Virus record (IMG/VR): IMGVR_UViG_3300035698_024877
Coordinates: 31,338-95,337 of that record
DNA: 64,000 nucleotides
DNA from: a virus
Direction: 5' to 3' (one strand)
The notes beneath the pieces were generated by a model. It saw nothing but the letters and a program-made list of their open reading frames with translations. It did no database searches and was not told where the DNA came from. Below, one piece after another: positions 46,531 to 58,142 of this stretch. Position numbers and translations under genes: made by a program. Positions within the stretch are counted from its first letter, which is position 1. Each line of letters starts with the position of its first letter.

Positions 46531-46797
46531 AAAAGAAATGAAAAAGATAAAAAACGAAAGAGAAGAGTGGAAAAAGAAAAAAATGAATTATAGTAAAAAG
46601 AAAGAAATAGAATTTAAGTTTCGATGGGATAATAACCCATTTGAATGGTTTCCCTCGTTCTTTGGATATTTACCTTCAACCAGACCTACCTACGGTGCTC
46701 ATTGGGATATTGGTATTACGTGGTTTTGTTATTGTTTTACTATGAAGAGAAATGTATGGATGGAATTAAGAAGAAAATTTTAGATTAAAAGAGAAAA

Positions 46798-46992
46798 ATG
46801 ATACTTGATTTTGGAAAATATAAAGGAATTGATATTAAAAGCCAGTTTATACCGACTAAATATATTTCTTGGCTTGTTTATTCTAATAGAGAATATCCAA
46901 ATAATGAGTATCCAATTTCCGGTGCTGTTGAAGATGCCGCAATAACTGAATTAAAAAGGAGAAAACAATTAAATGAAAGAAGAAGATTGTAA
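46798..46992 (+). CDS. DUF3820-like small protein
   Basis: FGKYKG...IP..YI.WL. Confidence 0.6.
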   Translation: MILDFGKYKGIDIKSQFIPTKYISWLVYSNREYPNNEYPISGAVEDAAITELKRRKQLNERRRL

Positions 46993-49258
46993 AACAATTA
47001 AAATTACTACTGATAAAATTCCGCACGATACATTTGATTTTTTAATAGAGACCACTAAAGAGATTCTTGAAAAGGATAAAAAGAAAAAAGAAAAAGGGAA
47101 AAAATAAATGGATCCAACACAACAGTTTCTTTATATGGAGCTTGCTTTTAAGTTTTTAAAAACGCTTCAAGAAATGAATCAATCTAAAAGCACTATGAAA
47201 AGAGTTTTGACTATAGCTGATAAAAAAGAAATGAAAGATAGTTTTGGTATGATGATAAGCAATTTTAAACAAGGGCAAAAGTATATAAGTGCTACATTAG
47301 AATCATTAAAAAATAAGGATATAGAGCACGATAAAAAAATTACATTAGATAAGGATGCTTATATTGCTTTTCTTGAACAAACCGAAAGCTTTTTAGCTTA
47401 TGGAGAAGAGGGGTTTAAATCTCTTAAACATTCAATTGATTTTATTTGGCAGTAAAATTTGAATATGAGTAAATTATTAAAAGTAACACTTGAGTTTGAT
47501 GATAAAATTCTTATTTTAAATGATGAGAAAGAAGTTAAAAAATGGGAAGAGACTTGCAAAAGTCAAGCTATATTAGCCGACATTCATGGAATGACTTGCG
47601 ATCCTTTTAATTGGGAAACGTTGGAAAATAAGAAGAGAAAACATTAAAAAATAGTTAATGGATATATTATATTCATTATAAAGTGCCTTAGAAGCCATCC
47701 TACAAAGGATTAGGGCTATACTATGGGGTGTTTATAACATTAAATAAAAAATAATAGGAGGATAGAAATGGACGCTAATGGACCTGTAATAGAACTTGAT
47801 TCAAACAAAGTAATTGAAACAAGAACATTTAGAATAGTGGAAATGAATAAAGAAGCTCATTGTAATAAAAAATACAGGATTTATGACACAACAGCACCAG
47901 AAGAATTACAAAGAATAGACGTTGAATTTTGGCCTGATTGCGTTTCTATAAGGGGTTTTAATAAAATAGATAAAACAATTTCAAGATCATACCCTTTTAT
48001 AGATATTTCACCGAATCATTTTGAAGCATTAAAACTTTTAATGCTTGATATAGCAGAGGGTAAAAAAGCAATTTCATCTCATAATGATCTTACTAATGAT
48101 AACTGCCTTTGTCTTTGGTGCATGGGGCATAAAGATAAAAAATGAAAAAAGTAAAAAGCAGTAATTTTATGTATTCAAAGGATTTTATATGCCCTTGGTA
48201 CGATCACATTGTTATAAGAGCTAGTGTATATAGACTAACATAAGAAGAATTAGAATGAAATTTAAAGTTTTAAAAATAACTGCTTGGTCTTCAATAGATG
48301 TTGAAGCAGAAAGCTTGGATGTAGTAATGGACGAAGTAAAAAGAGTTTGTGGGATACGATTTTTTAATATTGTAAACCCAAAAACAGAAAGAATCCTTAT
48401 TATTAAAGCTGATGAGGTAAACGATTTTACTATGAAAGAATATAAAGGTTCAACAGCAGAATCAGCATATTTTAAAGGGAAATGAAAATGATTTATAATA
48501 ACCTTCATGTTGTTAAGAGGTAGAAATGGCTTTTTTATCAAGTATAGGTAAAGACACTACTGATATAGAAATTGCGAACATGTGGACAGATGGTAATCCA
48601 AGTAAGATCCATTGTAGTAAATGTGGATGTCAATACAAAGCAAATACCGGTGGTATTATAGCAAGTGAGATGTGGCTAATATGGCATTGTAGTAAATGTA
48701 GCAGGAGGGATAAAAATGTTTATTCTTGAACTAAATTGTATTTGTGATAAATGTCAAAATAGAGGCTGGTATAATGTTTACGTATCTACTGAAACTAGTG
48801 TGTCTGTTAGTTCAAAAAAGTGTGAAGTTTGTAAAGATTTTATTGGTGAGAAACATTTTTCTTTTGAAATATCTAAAGAACTTTGGACACATTTTCGTGA
48901 CGCTTTTCGTGATGCGTTTTTTAATGAGAATGACATAAATTTCCACAATAAAAAAGTGATAAAAGATTTATTTTGTTCTTCTTGTAGCGTTGACACTAAA
49001 TCAGTTAAAACAAAGTGGGAAGATATAGAGAAACTATTTAAAGAGGAGAAACAAAAATGAGTAATGCAATAGTTGGTAGCTGTCCTCACTGTGGAGCACC
49101 TATTTATAGTCCATCAATGTGGCATGGGGTTTGCCCACCCCCTTCTTATAAAAGCTGTTTGTGTATTCCAACAGCAAAGCAATATAAAAATGTAACTACA
49201 ACAGGAGAAATATATGATAAAACTTCTAGTGTTGGAAATATTTTAAATATAGATAAGT

Positions 49259-49780
49259 TTGAAAAAATATTTAGAAAGGGGGTGTTATAAATTGAAAGTT
49301 ATTACAGCAGTAGAAAATATACAAAGAGACACATTTAGAGATACTCCACAAGTCTTTTTAGCTGGCGGAATAACAAACTGTCCTGAATGGCAAGATGAGA
49401 TTATTAAACTTTTAGAGTATGTTCCATGTGGGGTGCTATTGAATCCTCGCAGAAAAAACTTTCCAATACATGATCCAAATGCATCTAAAGAACAAATTGA
49501 ATGGGAATTTAACGCACTAAACAATTGTGATGTTTTTTCAATATGGTTTAGTGGGGGAGAGTCTGTACAGCCAATATGTATGTATGAATTGGGTAGGCAC
49601 TTGGCGCTTAGAAGACCAAAAGAAATAATAATCGGTGTTGACAAAGATTATCTGCGAGTACAGGATGTTTATATTCAGACGGGACTGGTAAATGCAGAAC
49701 TTGCGAGTAGAATATCAAATAGTTTAGAAGATCATGCAGATAATATTTCACAATTTGTAGAAGCAAGATGTAATCCATAA
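49259..49780 (+). CDS. nucleoside 2-deoxyribosyltransferase-like protein
   Basis: VFLAGGITNCPEWQ...NPRR...QIEWE...PICMYELG. Confidence 0.85.
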   Translation: MKKYLERGCYKLKVITAVENIQRDTFRDTPQVFLAGGITNCPEWQDEIIKLLEYVPCGVLLNPRRKNFPIHDPNASKEQIEWEFNALNNCDVFSIWFSGGESVQPICMYELGRHLALRRPKEIIIGVDKDYLRVQDVYIQTGLVNAELASRISNSLEDHADNISQFVEARCNP

Positions 49781-50654
49781 TAGTAGTCTATACGGAGAAA
49801 GAAAGTATTATTGCTATAACAAAGATTGAAAAGGAGGTGATACAAAATGGTAAAAAAGAAAAAAGTTACAAAAGACAAAAACATTGGTCGATTTTTCTGG
49901 AAAGAAGGAGATATTGAGATTATTCAACCTAAAACAAAGAAAAAAGCTACTAAGAAAACTAAAAGGTAGTTTATATGAATAAAATTAGCTATTTTAAAGG
50001 GGGTTTAATATGAGCGTACCATATTTTGGGAAAGTGTTTTCTACTTACGAAGATAGATTACATTTATACATTAGCTTGTCTTTGTCTAGATGGTATATCT
50101 TACCTGTTGTGGCTCTTCATTTTGATGAGGTGTTTTTGTTAAGAAATATTACTATTGAATTATCTTTCCTTTGTTTTTGTTCTTCCCTCCATTTTTACAC
50201 AAAATATAATTAACAAGGAGGGATCATGGAAGATTGGAAAGGAACGCCGGAAGAGTTAGATCGTTACAGACAGGATCAGCTTAAAAAAGAAACAAGAGAA
50301 ACTATCAAAGGCACTACTTTTGAAAATCCTCCTGGACCACCTCCTGGTGTTCCAACAATTATTACTAATATAATAGAATGCAAAATTACACCAGATAAGA
50401 AACCCCCAGAAATAAGGAAAAAAATATTTTATCTATCTCGCCATGATATAGAAGCATTATTTTTGAAAATGGTTGATATTGGTATTGAGTGGGATGTACC
50501 AGAAAACTTTGAAATAGTGAGCGTTTACTATGAAAATATGACAGATTGTTTTGGAGTGGTTTTAAAAAGCGATGCTTTTGAAGAAGTAGCAGAGGGAGCT
50601 TGCTATCCAATTGATCAAAGTAAAAGATGGATAAATTCAAAATAAGGAAAAATA

Positions 50655-50816
50655 ATGAGCATTGCGAATATCAATGAAAAGTTAAGTCGTTGCCCTGGTT
50701 GTGGTGGAGCAAAAGTACAAACTAATAATAATGGTATAAAGGTTATTTGTCCCGTTTGTAAAGGAACAGGGATAGACCCTACTTGCCGTCGTTGGGGGAC
50801 ATGGAGTTGTGAATAA
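50655..50816 (+). CDS. small CxxCxGxG zinc-finger protein (53 aa)
   Basis: CPGCGG...CPVCKGTG; AAGGA RBS. Confidence 0.65.
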   Translation: MSIANINEKLSRCPGCGGAKVQTNNNGIKVICPVCKGTGIDPTCRRWGTWSCE

Positions 50817-50822
50817 TAATAG

Positions 50823-52379
50823 ATGGATAATCACCAAGTAGAGTTAGAAAAAAAATTACAAGCAGAACATGAGAATAATAGAAGAACACTTTCAGAAACT
50901 GAACAGAAATATGTTTTAGATTTTACCAAGTACTTTTTAGAGTTTCCTCCAAAGACAGATGATGAATTATTTGATTATATTTGGTTAGTTCTTGGTGTAA
51001 AAATTCCAAGAGATGTTCACCCAGATTTTTCTGAACACCAAGCGCCATTTACTGCTATTTCAGATTTGTTTTTTGAACGTGTTTCTTCAGGTCTTCTTTT
51101 TGCCAATAGAAGTGGTGGAAAGACATTTGATTCTTCTATTCTTGACCACTTAAATTTCGAATTCAAACCTAACTGTGAAATCACTCATGCTGGAGCTACA
51201 AGAGATCAAGCTACTCGTGGGCATTTTTATTTTACATCTTTTTATGACGATAATGAGGTTTTAAATAAAGGGCTTGCTTCAGATCCTACCAAAAATGAAA
51301 TTCATCACGTAAATAAATCTTGGTATCATGTTATTACTGGTAGCAAAAAAGGTTTGCGTTCTGGTCATCCACATAAAAATGTTATTGATGAAATTGATGA
51401 GATGGATTGGGACGTATTGCAAACCGGCGTAGCTATGGCTATGTCTTCTCAAGATGGTAAAATATTAGGGCAAAATATATTTACTTCTACAAGACAACAC
51501 GCTGATGGTCCAATGAATAGGCTTCTTAGTGAGGCTAGTGAAAAGAATATATCAGTTTATCAATGGAATATATTTACTTCAGTTGAGAAATGCACTAGAG
51601 AGTGTTTCGGGGATAAAAATTTTGGTGATTGCCCAGCTCATTTTAGGTGCGAGGGAAAAGCACACCAAAGCAATGGCTTTTATAAAATACAAGACTTTAT
51701 AACAAAAGCTCTTGAACATGATGACCATGTTTGGAGAGCTGAATGGTTAAATGAAACGCCATCGGGTGAGGTTTTGGTTTATGGTTGTTGGAACCCCCAA
51801 GTGCATGAAATTCCACCAGAAAAAGAATTCGCAATACCAGACGATTGGCAAGTAGTATCAGCAATAGATTTTGGTTCAAGTCCAGGGCACCCATTTGTTT
51901 ATGCTAAAGCTGCAATAAGTCCTGATGGATACTGGTTTTGGTTTTATGAGTATTATAATGAGGGAGATCTACTATCTAATCATGCTAAAAACATTAAAGC
52001 ATCTCCTAAATATAAATTTGGTGAGTACTGCTTTTCTGACCATGATGCGCAAGATAGAAAAGAGTTACAAGCTCCTCCAAATACAGTGATGACTTTGCTC
52101 GCTAAAAAAGATGTACGAATGGGCATTGATAAAGTTAATAGCCTATTGCAAGTTATAAATGGGCGATCAAAGATGTACTTTTTTAAAAGTAAAGTTCCAA
52201 ATATAATTAGAGAAATGCAACTGTATGCATGGCCACAAACTCCAGATGGAAAGCCAAGCAAAGAAGGCAATCCGCTTAAACTAAATGATCACGGACCAGA
52301 TTTATTGCGCTACGCTACATTTACATGGCTAACTAAAGGCCCACCAAAGATTTGGATGGGACATGGTAAAGGAATATAA
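50823..52379 (+). CDS. terL: terminase large subunit
   Basis: Walker A-like ANRSGGKT, Walker B VIDE, FTST coupling motif, nuclease IDFG...DH..D..RY. Confidence 0.9.
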   Translation: MDNHQVELEKKLQAEHENNRRTLSETEQKYVLDFTKYFLEFPPKTDDELFDYIWLVLGVKIPRDVHPDFSEHQAPFTAISDLFFERVSSGLLFANRSGGKTFDSSILDHLNFEFKPNCEITHAGATRDQATRGHFYFTSFYDDNEVLNKGLASDPTKNEIHHVNKSWYHVITGSKKGLRSGHPHKNVIDEIDEMDWDVLQTGVAMAMSSQDGKILGQNIFTSTRQHADGPMNRLLSEASEKNISVYQWNIFTSVEKCTRECFGDKNFGDCPAHFRCEGKAHQSNGFYKIQDFITKALEHDDHVWRAEWLNETPSGEVLVYGCWNPQVHEIPPEKEFAIPDDWQVVSAIDFGSSPGHPFVYAKAAISPDGYWFWFYEYYNEGDLLSNHAKNIKASPKYKFGEYCFSDHDAQDRKELQAPPNTVMTLLAKKDVRMGIDKVNSLLQVINGRSKMYFFKSKVPNIIREMQLYAWPQTPDGKPSKEGNPLKLNDHGPDLLRYATFTWLTKGPPKIWMGHGKGI

Positions 52380-52440
52380 CAGAACTATGCATTTTACAAA
52401 GCATAGCTTTCTTGTATCGGATCTGTAAGTTCCGATAATA
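52378..52440 (-). ncRNA. putative 3' part of the TnpB omegaRNA scaffold / right end
   Basis: Hairpins TATCGGA/TCCGATA and AGCTATGC/GCATAGTT overlapping the tnpB 3' end, the position expected for omegaRNA. Confidence 0.5.
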
Positions 52441-53467
52441 TAAATCGATTCAAGATATTTAAAGATGCATTAAAATCAGCATCCAAAGTATAATCACAAC
52501 TCTTACACTTAAATAACTCACCATTACGATTTTCCTTATGAATACTTCCGCATTTACTACACATTTGTGAAGTATAAGCAGGATTAACTTTATGAATATG
52601 GACACCAGATTCTTCACAAGTTAAATCTAACCTACTGAGGAAATATGAATAAACCCATCTCTGAAGTTTGTTCATAAACTTCTTATTTATTTTACCTTTA
52701 CTATTCTTCTTTACATTTTTAAGATTCTCAACTACAAGGACTTTAAGATTATTAAAAGGAAGCTTCTTAATCTCTTTATTTATATAATTGTTTCTTTCTA
52801 TTAAAGCTCTTTTGAAAGCTTTACTACCTTGTAACTTATTAGAAATCTTCTTTATCTTCTTTTCTAATTCTGTTCCTATCATTTGATTTTCAGAAGTAAC
52901 TGCTAATTTCTTATACCCACAATCTAAACCAATTGTTTTTCCTTCTTGTTTTAAATGAGCTTCCTTTTTAAAATAAACATCAAGAAAAATATTATTATCT
53001 ACTATTCTGACTCTCCCACACTGTTTTAGTTTCCAACCGTTTTTAATAAATTTATTGAAATGTTTATGCTTTTTAGATGGGAGATAAATACTTTTTCCTA
53101 ATCCTAAACTATTAAACTTAATCCACAAATCGAAGCTATTTTCACCTTCGATAATACTTATAAATCTACTATCAAGCTCAAAAGATTGTTTTCTAAAAAC
53201 TGGTTTAGTTTTCTTCTTTCTTTTTCTTTGAGATTTAACAATACTTAAAGCTTGTTTTGCAGAGCATTGTATTCCAGCAGCAGATAAACTAGTTTCTACT
53301 TGATCTGTAATGGTATTATCTACAAACTTCCCTGAAAATTGTTGTTCTTCCCATAATATATCAATGAACTTATTAACGCAAAAAGAATACTCTTGAAGAA
53401 AGTTTTTAAGAATATTTAACTTCTCTGTATTAGCAGCCTTTAAATTTATTGTAGATTTTCTAATCAT
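52394..53467 (-). mobile_element. tnpB: TnpB-family RNA-guided endonuclease, no transposase partner
   Basis: RuvC I GLDCG, RuvC II VVENL, VNPAYTSQMCSKCG and CKSC Zn finger, RuvC III DADFNASLNI. Confidence 0.9.
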
Positions 53468-54229
53468 AGTATTTTATGCTTTGTTAAGTAAATAGTTCCC
53501 TTTGCTAATAAGAATTTTGGGTGTCTTGGACAATTAAAATTAAGTGTTCCCCTGATACTACGTAACCACCTACAAGTGTAGCAAATATAATAGCCGTTAT
53601 ATGCTGCTGCTTTCATTTTTATTTCTCCTTTTTATGTATACAATTATTACCATGATGTTTAAATAATATTCCTTCATTAGAAGCAAAGCTTTTAATACCA
53701 CACTCTGGGCATTCATAATATGCACTACATTTTCGACGGCTTTTTAATTTTAAGATTGTTTTTAAGCAGACTTTTGCAATCGCATAATGAACCATATCCA
53801 TTATTTTCATCTTAATCTCTCCTTCCATAATTTCGAAAAGTCTCAACATCCCCAAAACAAAAACTAAGATACTCTTCATCACATCCACAATCTTCGAGAA
53901 ATTTGACAAGCCCCTCTTCAGTGCTGTAAAAGTACTTTATACCTATCTGATAAGCGATGTTCATTGCAACACATCTCACGTCTGCATAGCTTGGGTACTG
54001 ATCTATTTCTGATTTTAGTATTGCCTTAATATCTTTGATCTCATTATCAGTCATTTGCTTTCCCTTTTCTTTTTTTTCTTGCAATTTCTTTTTCGTGGCT
54101 TTTTCCATCTAAAAATCCCAAAACATAACAACAGCACCAGATTATTATTGATCCAATAACTACTACATAACCACTCAAACCCGTAAAAATATTTTCCATC
54201 TTTCTCCTCCTTTATTCCTTTTAAGTTAT

Positions 54230-54315
54230 TGGCTCCGAGGGCAGGAATCGAACCTGCAATGCGATTTCTCGCGGTGCGTTAACAGCGCACTGTTATACCA
54301 TTTAACGACCTCGGA
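54230..54315 (-). tRNA. tRNA-Asn(GTT) with long variable arm
   Basis: TCCGAGG/CCTCGGA-G-CCA; GTGCG-CT-GTT-AA-CGCAC; V-arm GCGA-GAAA-TCGC; GCAGG-TTCGATT-CCTGC. Confidence 0.9.
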
Positions 54316-54747
54316 ATAATTAATTATTTTACTTGTGCCCATCTTACTTCTGAACCTTCAATAATAGCAACTGTCCACACTAAATCTTTAAGAATGATTT
54401 TGTTTCCTTTAGTTTTAATGCTAGATGCGTTATGATATGTTTTTATTTCACCATCTTTAAATTTTACTATCACTGCCATTATTTGTTCCTCTTGTGTAAT
54501 TAATGTTTTACTTTTTCTTTTTGGTTTTTTTATTTTCTTTTTTAACTTTTTTATCAGTATCAATATCAAAGTCCTCTTGAATAAAATAAAAAAACTTGCT
54601 TTTTATTTTTTCTTTGTTTTGCATTTCAGTAACTAATTCCCAAAAGTCATTAGAAGACTTAATTTTTTTAGTGATTCTTTCACGTGGGGGTAAAGTTAAA
54701 GTCCGCCTGTATAAAGAATGCATTATTTACTCCCTTTATAAAGGTTC

Positions 54748-55386
54748 TTATTTATCTTTAGCCATTTCATCTTTAAAGTTGGTTTCTAGTACTTCTAAAA
54801 AGCCATGAACTATTCCAGAAGTATAGATAAGATATTCAAAGTTTGGTTCTATAGCATCTTCTTTATAACCATGACCTACTTTTTTATTTTCAGCTATAAG
54901 ATGATCCCTTTTAATTAATGCCATAGCAATGTCTGAATGACCTTGTTCTACCCCACCAAATAAACGCTTATTCTCCATAGAATGGTCTGTAGAATTAGTG
55001 AGTTTCTTTTTGTAATACTGTAATTGGCTTTTTTGATAGCGTATTTTGCTATCAAGTCTTCTTCTTCTTTCTATTTCACCTGTTATTTTTTTCACTCTAT
55101 CCGACCTCCTTTTGTCTGATATTTTTGCTTTGATCTTTTTTATTTTAACCATTTTTTCTTTATCACACCAAGGACAATAAAAATGATCGCCCTCATGATG
55201 ATTTGTCCATTCTTTAAACCCTGTATGTGTGTTTCCATATCCAATCATTTCTGCTGCTTCTACATCAAACTCAATACACCTTGCTAATGATATAGGCTTT
55301 TTATAGCTTATCATTTTGCTACCGCATTCGCATGGAACGGTGTAATATATCTTGCCTTTGCTGTCAATTTTTTGAATTGCAATCAT
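54748..55386 (-). CDS. hypothetical Zn-binding protein
   Basis: CECG and CPWC motifs; 212 aa. Confidence 0.65.
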   Translation of the reverse strand: MIAIQKIDSKGKIYYTVPCECGSKMISYKKPISLARCIEFDVEAAEMIGYGNTHTGFKEWTNHHEGDHFYCPWCDKEKMVKIKKIKAKISDKRRSDRVKKITGEIERRRRLDSKIRYQKSQLQYYKKKLTNSTDHSMENKRLFGGVEQGHSDIAMALIKRDHLIAENKKVGHGYKEDAIEPNFEYLIYTSGIVHGFLEVLETNFKDEMAKDK

Positions 55387-55982
55387 TTTATTTTTCCTTT
55401 AAAGCTTCTTTATAAACAGCTTCCACTTCGTCATGAAGATGGCGAGATAGCCTTTTCACTTCTTTTGCATACTCATTGAGCTCTTCTGTTTGTTTTTCAA
55501 GTTCCTCTAAAAGCGCAATAATCTCTTCATTGTTTTTTTGTATCTCTTTATGTATCTCTTTATGTATCTCCACTGTAGTATACACAATAAATATAAAAAC
55601 AGCAAGAGATATTATTAGAAATGCAGCAAACAACCAGTTTTCAGTTCTTTTTTTCATTTTAATAACTCCTTGTAGCCAATATCTCTAAATATTAGCCTTA
55701 ATTTTTCAGAAAGCAATTCTGATTTAAAAAATAATCTACAGAGTTTACGACAATACCACCTGAATGCTTTTTCTAAGTATCTGAATGTTTTTTCAAATCC
55801 GATGAAACCTGAGATACAAAAACCACCACTTAAAATATTCATTAAAACAATCCACGTTGGGATTTTGCTTATTATACCAAAAATACCAGCTACTATAGCA
55901 AATAATCCAACAATTAAGACACCCACTTGCCATTTTGTTTTGTCTTTTAAATACTCTTTCATTTTTATAATTCTCCTTTTAA

Positions 55983-56471
55983 TTATTTATTTTTACCTTC
56001 TTCGTTATCTTCATCATAGTGCCCAACACCATAATACAAACCACACTTTGATTCCCATATTGCCCCATCGGGTTCAACAAGTTTTAATTCTATAATATTG
56101 AATCCTCGCTTATAAGACCATTCCCAAACATCCTCTCCAATTACAATCTTACCGGACCCTATCTCGTCTCCTTCATTGTGGTTGCTGAGCTTTATCTTTT
56201 CTTCTTTTATGTTATCTTTCCCATCAATATAATAAAGTTCTGGCCCATATTTATATCCACACAATCTAACTCTACCATCACCTAAGACGGCATGGTGAGA
56301 TGCGTTATACCATTTAGCATCACCACGTATTTCGTTTTTGCGGATATTATGAAAAATTCTTACTCCACTGGGGATATTAGCTTCCTCTGTATCAAAGACC
56401 CCCACGTTTTCTTTATCTTCTCTTCGCTTACCATTTTTAAAAACATAAGCTCCCCAATTACCATAAGCCAT
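55983..56471 (-). CDS. hypothetical phage protein
   Basis: MAYGNWGA.V...H.VLGDG.VRL..YK; GGGGT RBS. Confidence 0.7.
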   Translation of the reverse strand: MAYGNWGAYVFKNGKRREDKENVGVFDTEEANIPSGVRIFHNIRKNEIRGDAKWYNASHHAVLGDGRVRLCGYKYGPELYYIDGKDNIKEEKIKLSNHNEGDEIGSGKIVIGEDVWEWSYKRGFNIIELKLVEPDGAIWESKCGLYYGVGHYDEDNEEGKNK

Positions 56472-56485
56472 TTTTTACCCCCATT

Positions 56486-57274
56486 TTAATAAAACACTTT
56501 TGCTACTTTCTTTTCTAAGTCAACTCTTCTAACTTCTGTTTTGATTCTGTGTGTTATGAATTGTGTAACAAGTGCGTAAAGTAACCATTTAGAAGTAGCT
56601 TGCTTTTTCATAGTATCAAGAGTCGTAATAGAACCTATTTCAACTTCTTGTTCTAAAGCTTTTGCTTCTTTTTTTCCAAAATCTAACTCATCTAATATTT
56701 TTTCTATATCAGAAGCAGTTAGAATGTTATCTACCCAGTCTTTCCAAAGATCTGTTTGCATTGAAAACTTTTCAAGTCCTTCAGAAAGATGATCAACAAT
56801 AGATTTTGGATCGAGCATGAGTGTGTGTTTTCTTTTTAGCCGTAAAAATTCGTTTCCAACAATTAATCCGTTAGAACAAATAATTCTAAGTGCACCAAAA
56901 ATGATAGATAAGGACCAGCTTGCATCATAACTATTAAAAATAGTTATGGTTGGGTGAAGAATATCATCTACTCCTTCATTGCCAATATTGTAGTCAATAT
57001 CATTAAAAGTGAAAGTGGCCTTCATCTTTTTTCCTTCTTTGATAAAAAGAGTTTTGAGCTCTACTTTACCAAATTCAGGATTTAGCTTGATTGCTTCAGA
57101 AGCAATATCAAGAGTATCTTGATGTGATACTACTTTATATCGATTTCTTACAATACCATAAGCAAAACCATTTTCAGGATTAAAGGTTGCTTTATAACCT
57201 TGCACAATGTTTCCAGCAACAAGTTGAATTTTACTTTCATCAACAGGATACTTTTCTTTTATTTTCATTTTCAT
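56486..57274 (-). CDS. DUF932 family protein
   Basis: V..RYKVVSH...NSYDAS...GALRIICSNGLI...RKHT. Confidence 0.85.
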   Translation of the reverse strand: MKMKIKEKYPVDESKIQLVAGNIVQGYKATFNPENGFAYGIVRNRYKVVSHQDTLDIASEAIKLNPEFGKVELKTLFIKEGKKMKATFTFNDIDYNIGNEGVDDILHPTITIFNSYDASWSLSIIFGALRIICSNGLIVGNEFLRLKRKHTLMLDPKSIVDHLSEGLEKFSMQTDLWKDWVDNILTASDIEKILDELDFGKKEAKALEQEVEIGSITTLDTMKKQATSKWLLYALVTQFITHRIKTEVRRVDLEKKVAKVFY

Positions 57275-58055
57275 TTTCCTTTGCTATTCTTTTATGAACG
57301 TTGTAGAGTTCAATAAGAGTAACTTCTAAAGCGATAAAAGTTTCTTTGTATTTATCAAGACATTCTTGATACATTGCAAACCCTCTTTCACCTGCCTTTG
57401 GTGATTCTTTTTCAAAAAAGTCTTTTTGCTCTTCTGCCAAATAAATAACCAATTCATTTTTTGTCATTCTTCCCATTTTGTACTCCTATGTTAAATTTTC
57501 TTCATAATAAACTTTACCAGTATCTAATAGAATTTTTCTACAAATCATTCTAATTAGAACCCCTCTAAAAAATTCTAAATTATTGCTTTCTCTGTGCCCC
57601 ACTATTTTATTCCTGAGCAATGGGTAAAATTCCTTGTATTTTTTTCCTTTGCAGTCAGCTTCTACACATATCTCAGTTACCCATTTACTACCTAATTCAT
57701 CATGCTTATATGTTCTGTAAGATACTTGCATCATTTTTTATCCTCCTTAACATCCAAGAGCAAATTGTAAATAATGTTTTGTGGTTCTATCATTCACAAT
57801 AGCATCTTCAGCGAGTTTTCCTTGAAGTTTTCCATCTTTGAAAATCTCCCTTGTTTCTCGATACAAAATAGCTCTTGTTATCGTTCTTTTTGGAAAGGTT
57901 CTTTTGTGTTCATCAATCCAATCATCAGTATGTGAATTTTTATCAAATATAAAGAACTTAATATCAAAACCCTTACTTGTTGATGTAACTAGATGTAATC
58001 TATTTTCTAGATGTAGACATGACCGATCTTCCATTTTTTTATCCTTTATTAGTTT

Positions 58056-58142
58056 TGGTACCTGAGGCCGGACTTGAACCGGCATGAAGTTTCCTTCGAA
58101 GGGGCTTAAACCCTTTGTGTCTTCCAATTCCACCACTCAGGT
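58056..58142 (-). tRNA. tRNA-Leu(TAA)
   Basis: ACCTGAG/CTCAGGT-A-CCA; AAGGG-TT-TAA-GC-CCCTT; long V-arm; GCCGG-TTCAAGT-CCGGC. Confidence 0.92.

Noticed and set aside
1-52379. Short - strand ORFs in the + block (and + strand ORFs after 52394)
   Set aside because: Antisense shadows of real genes, with no RBS and atypical composition.
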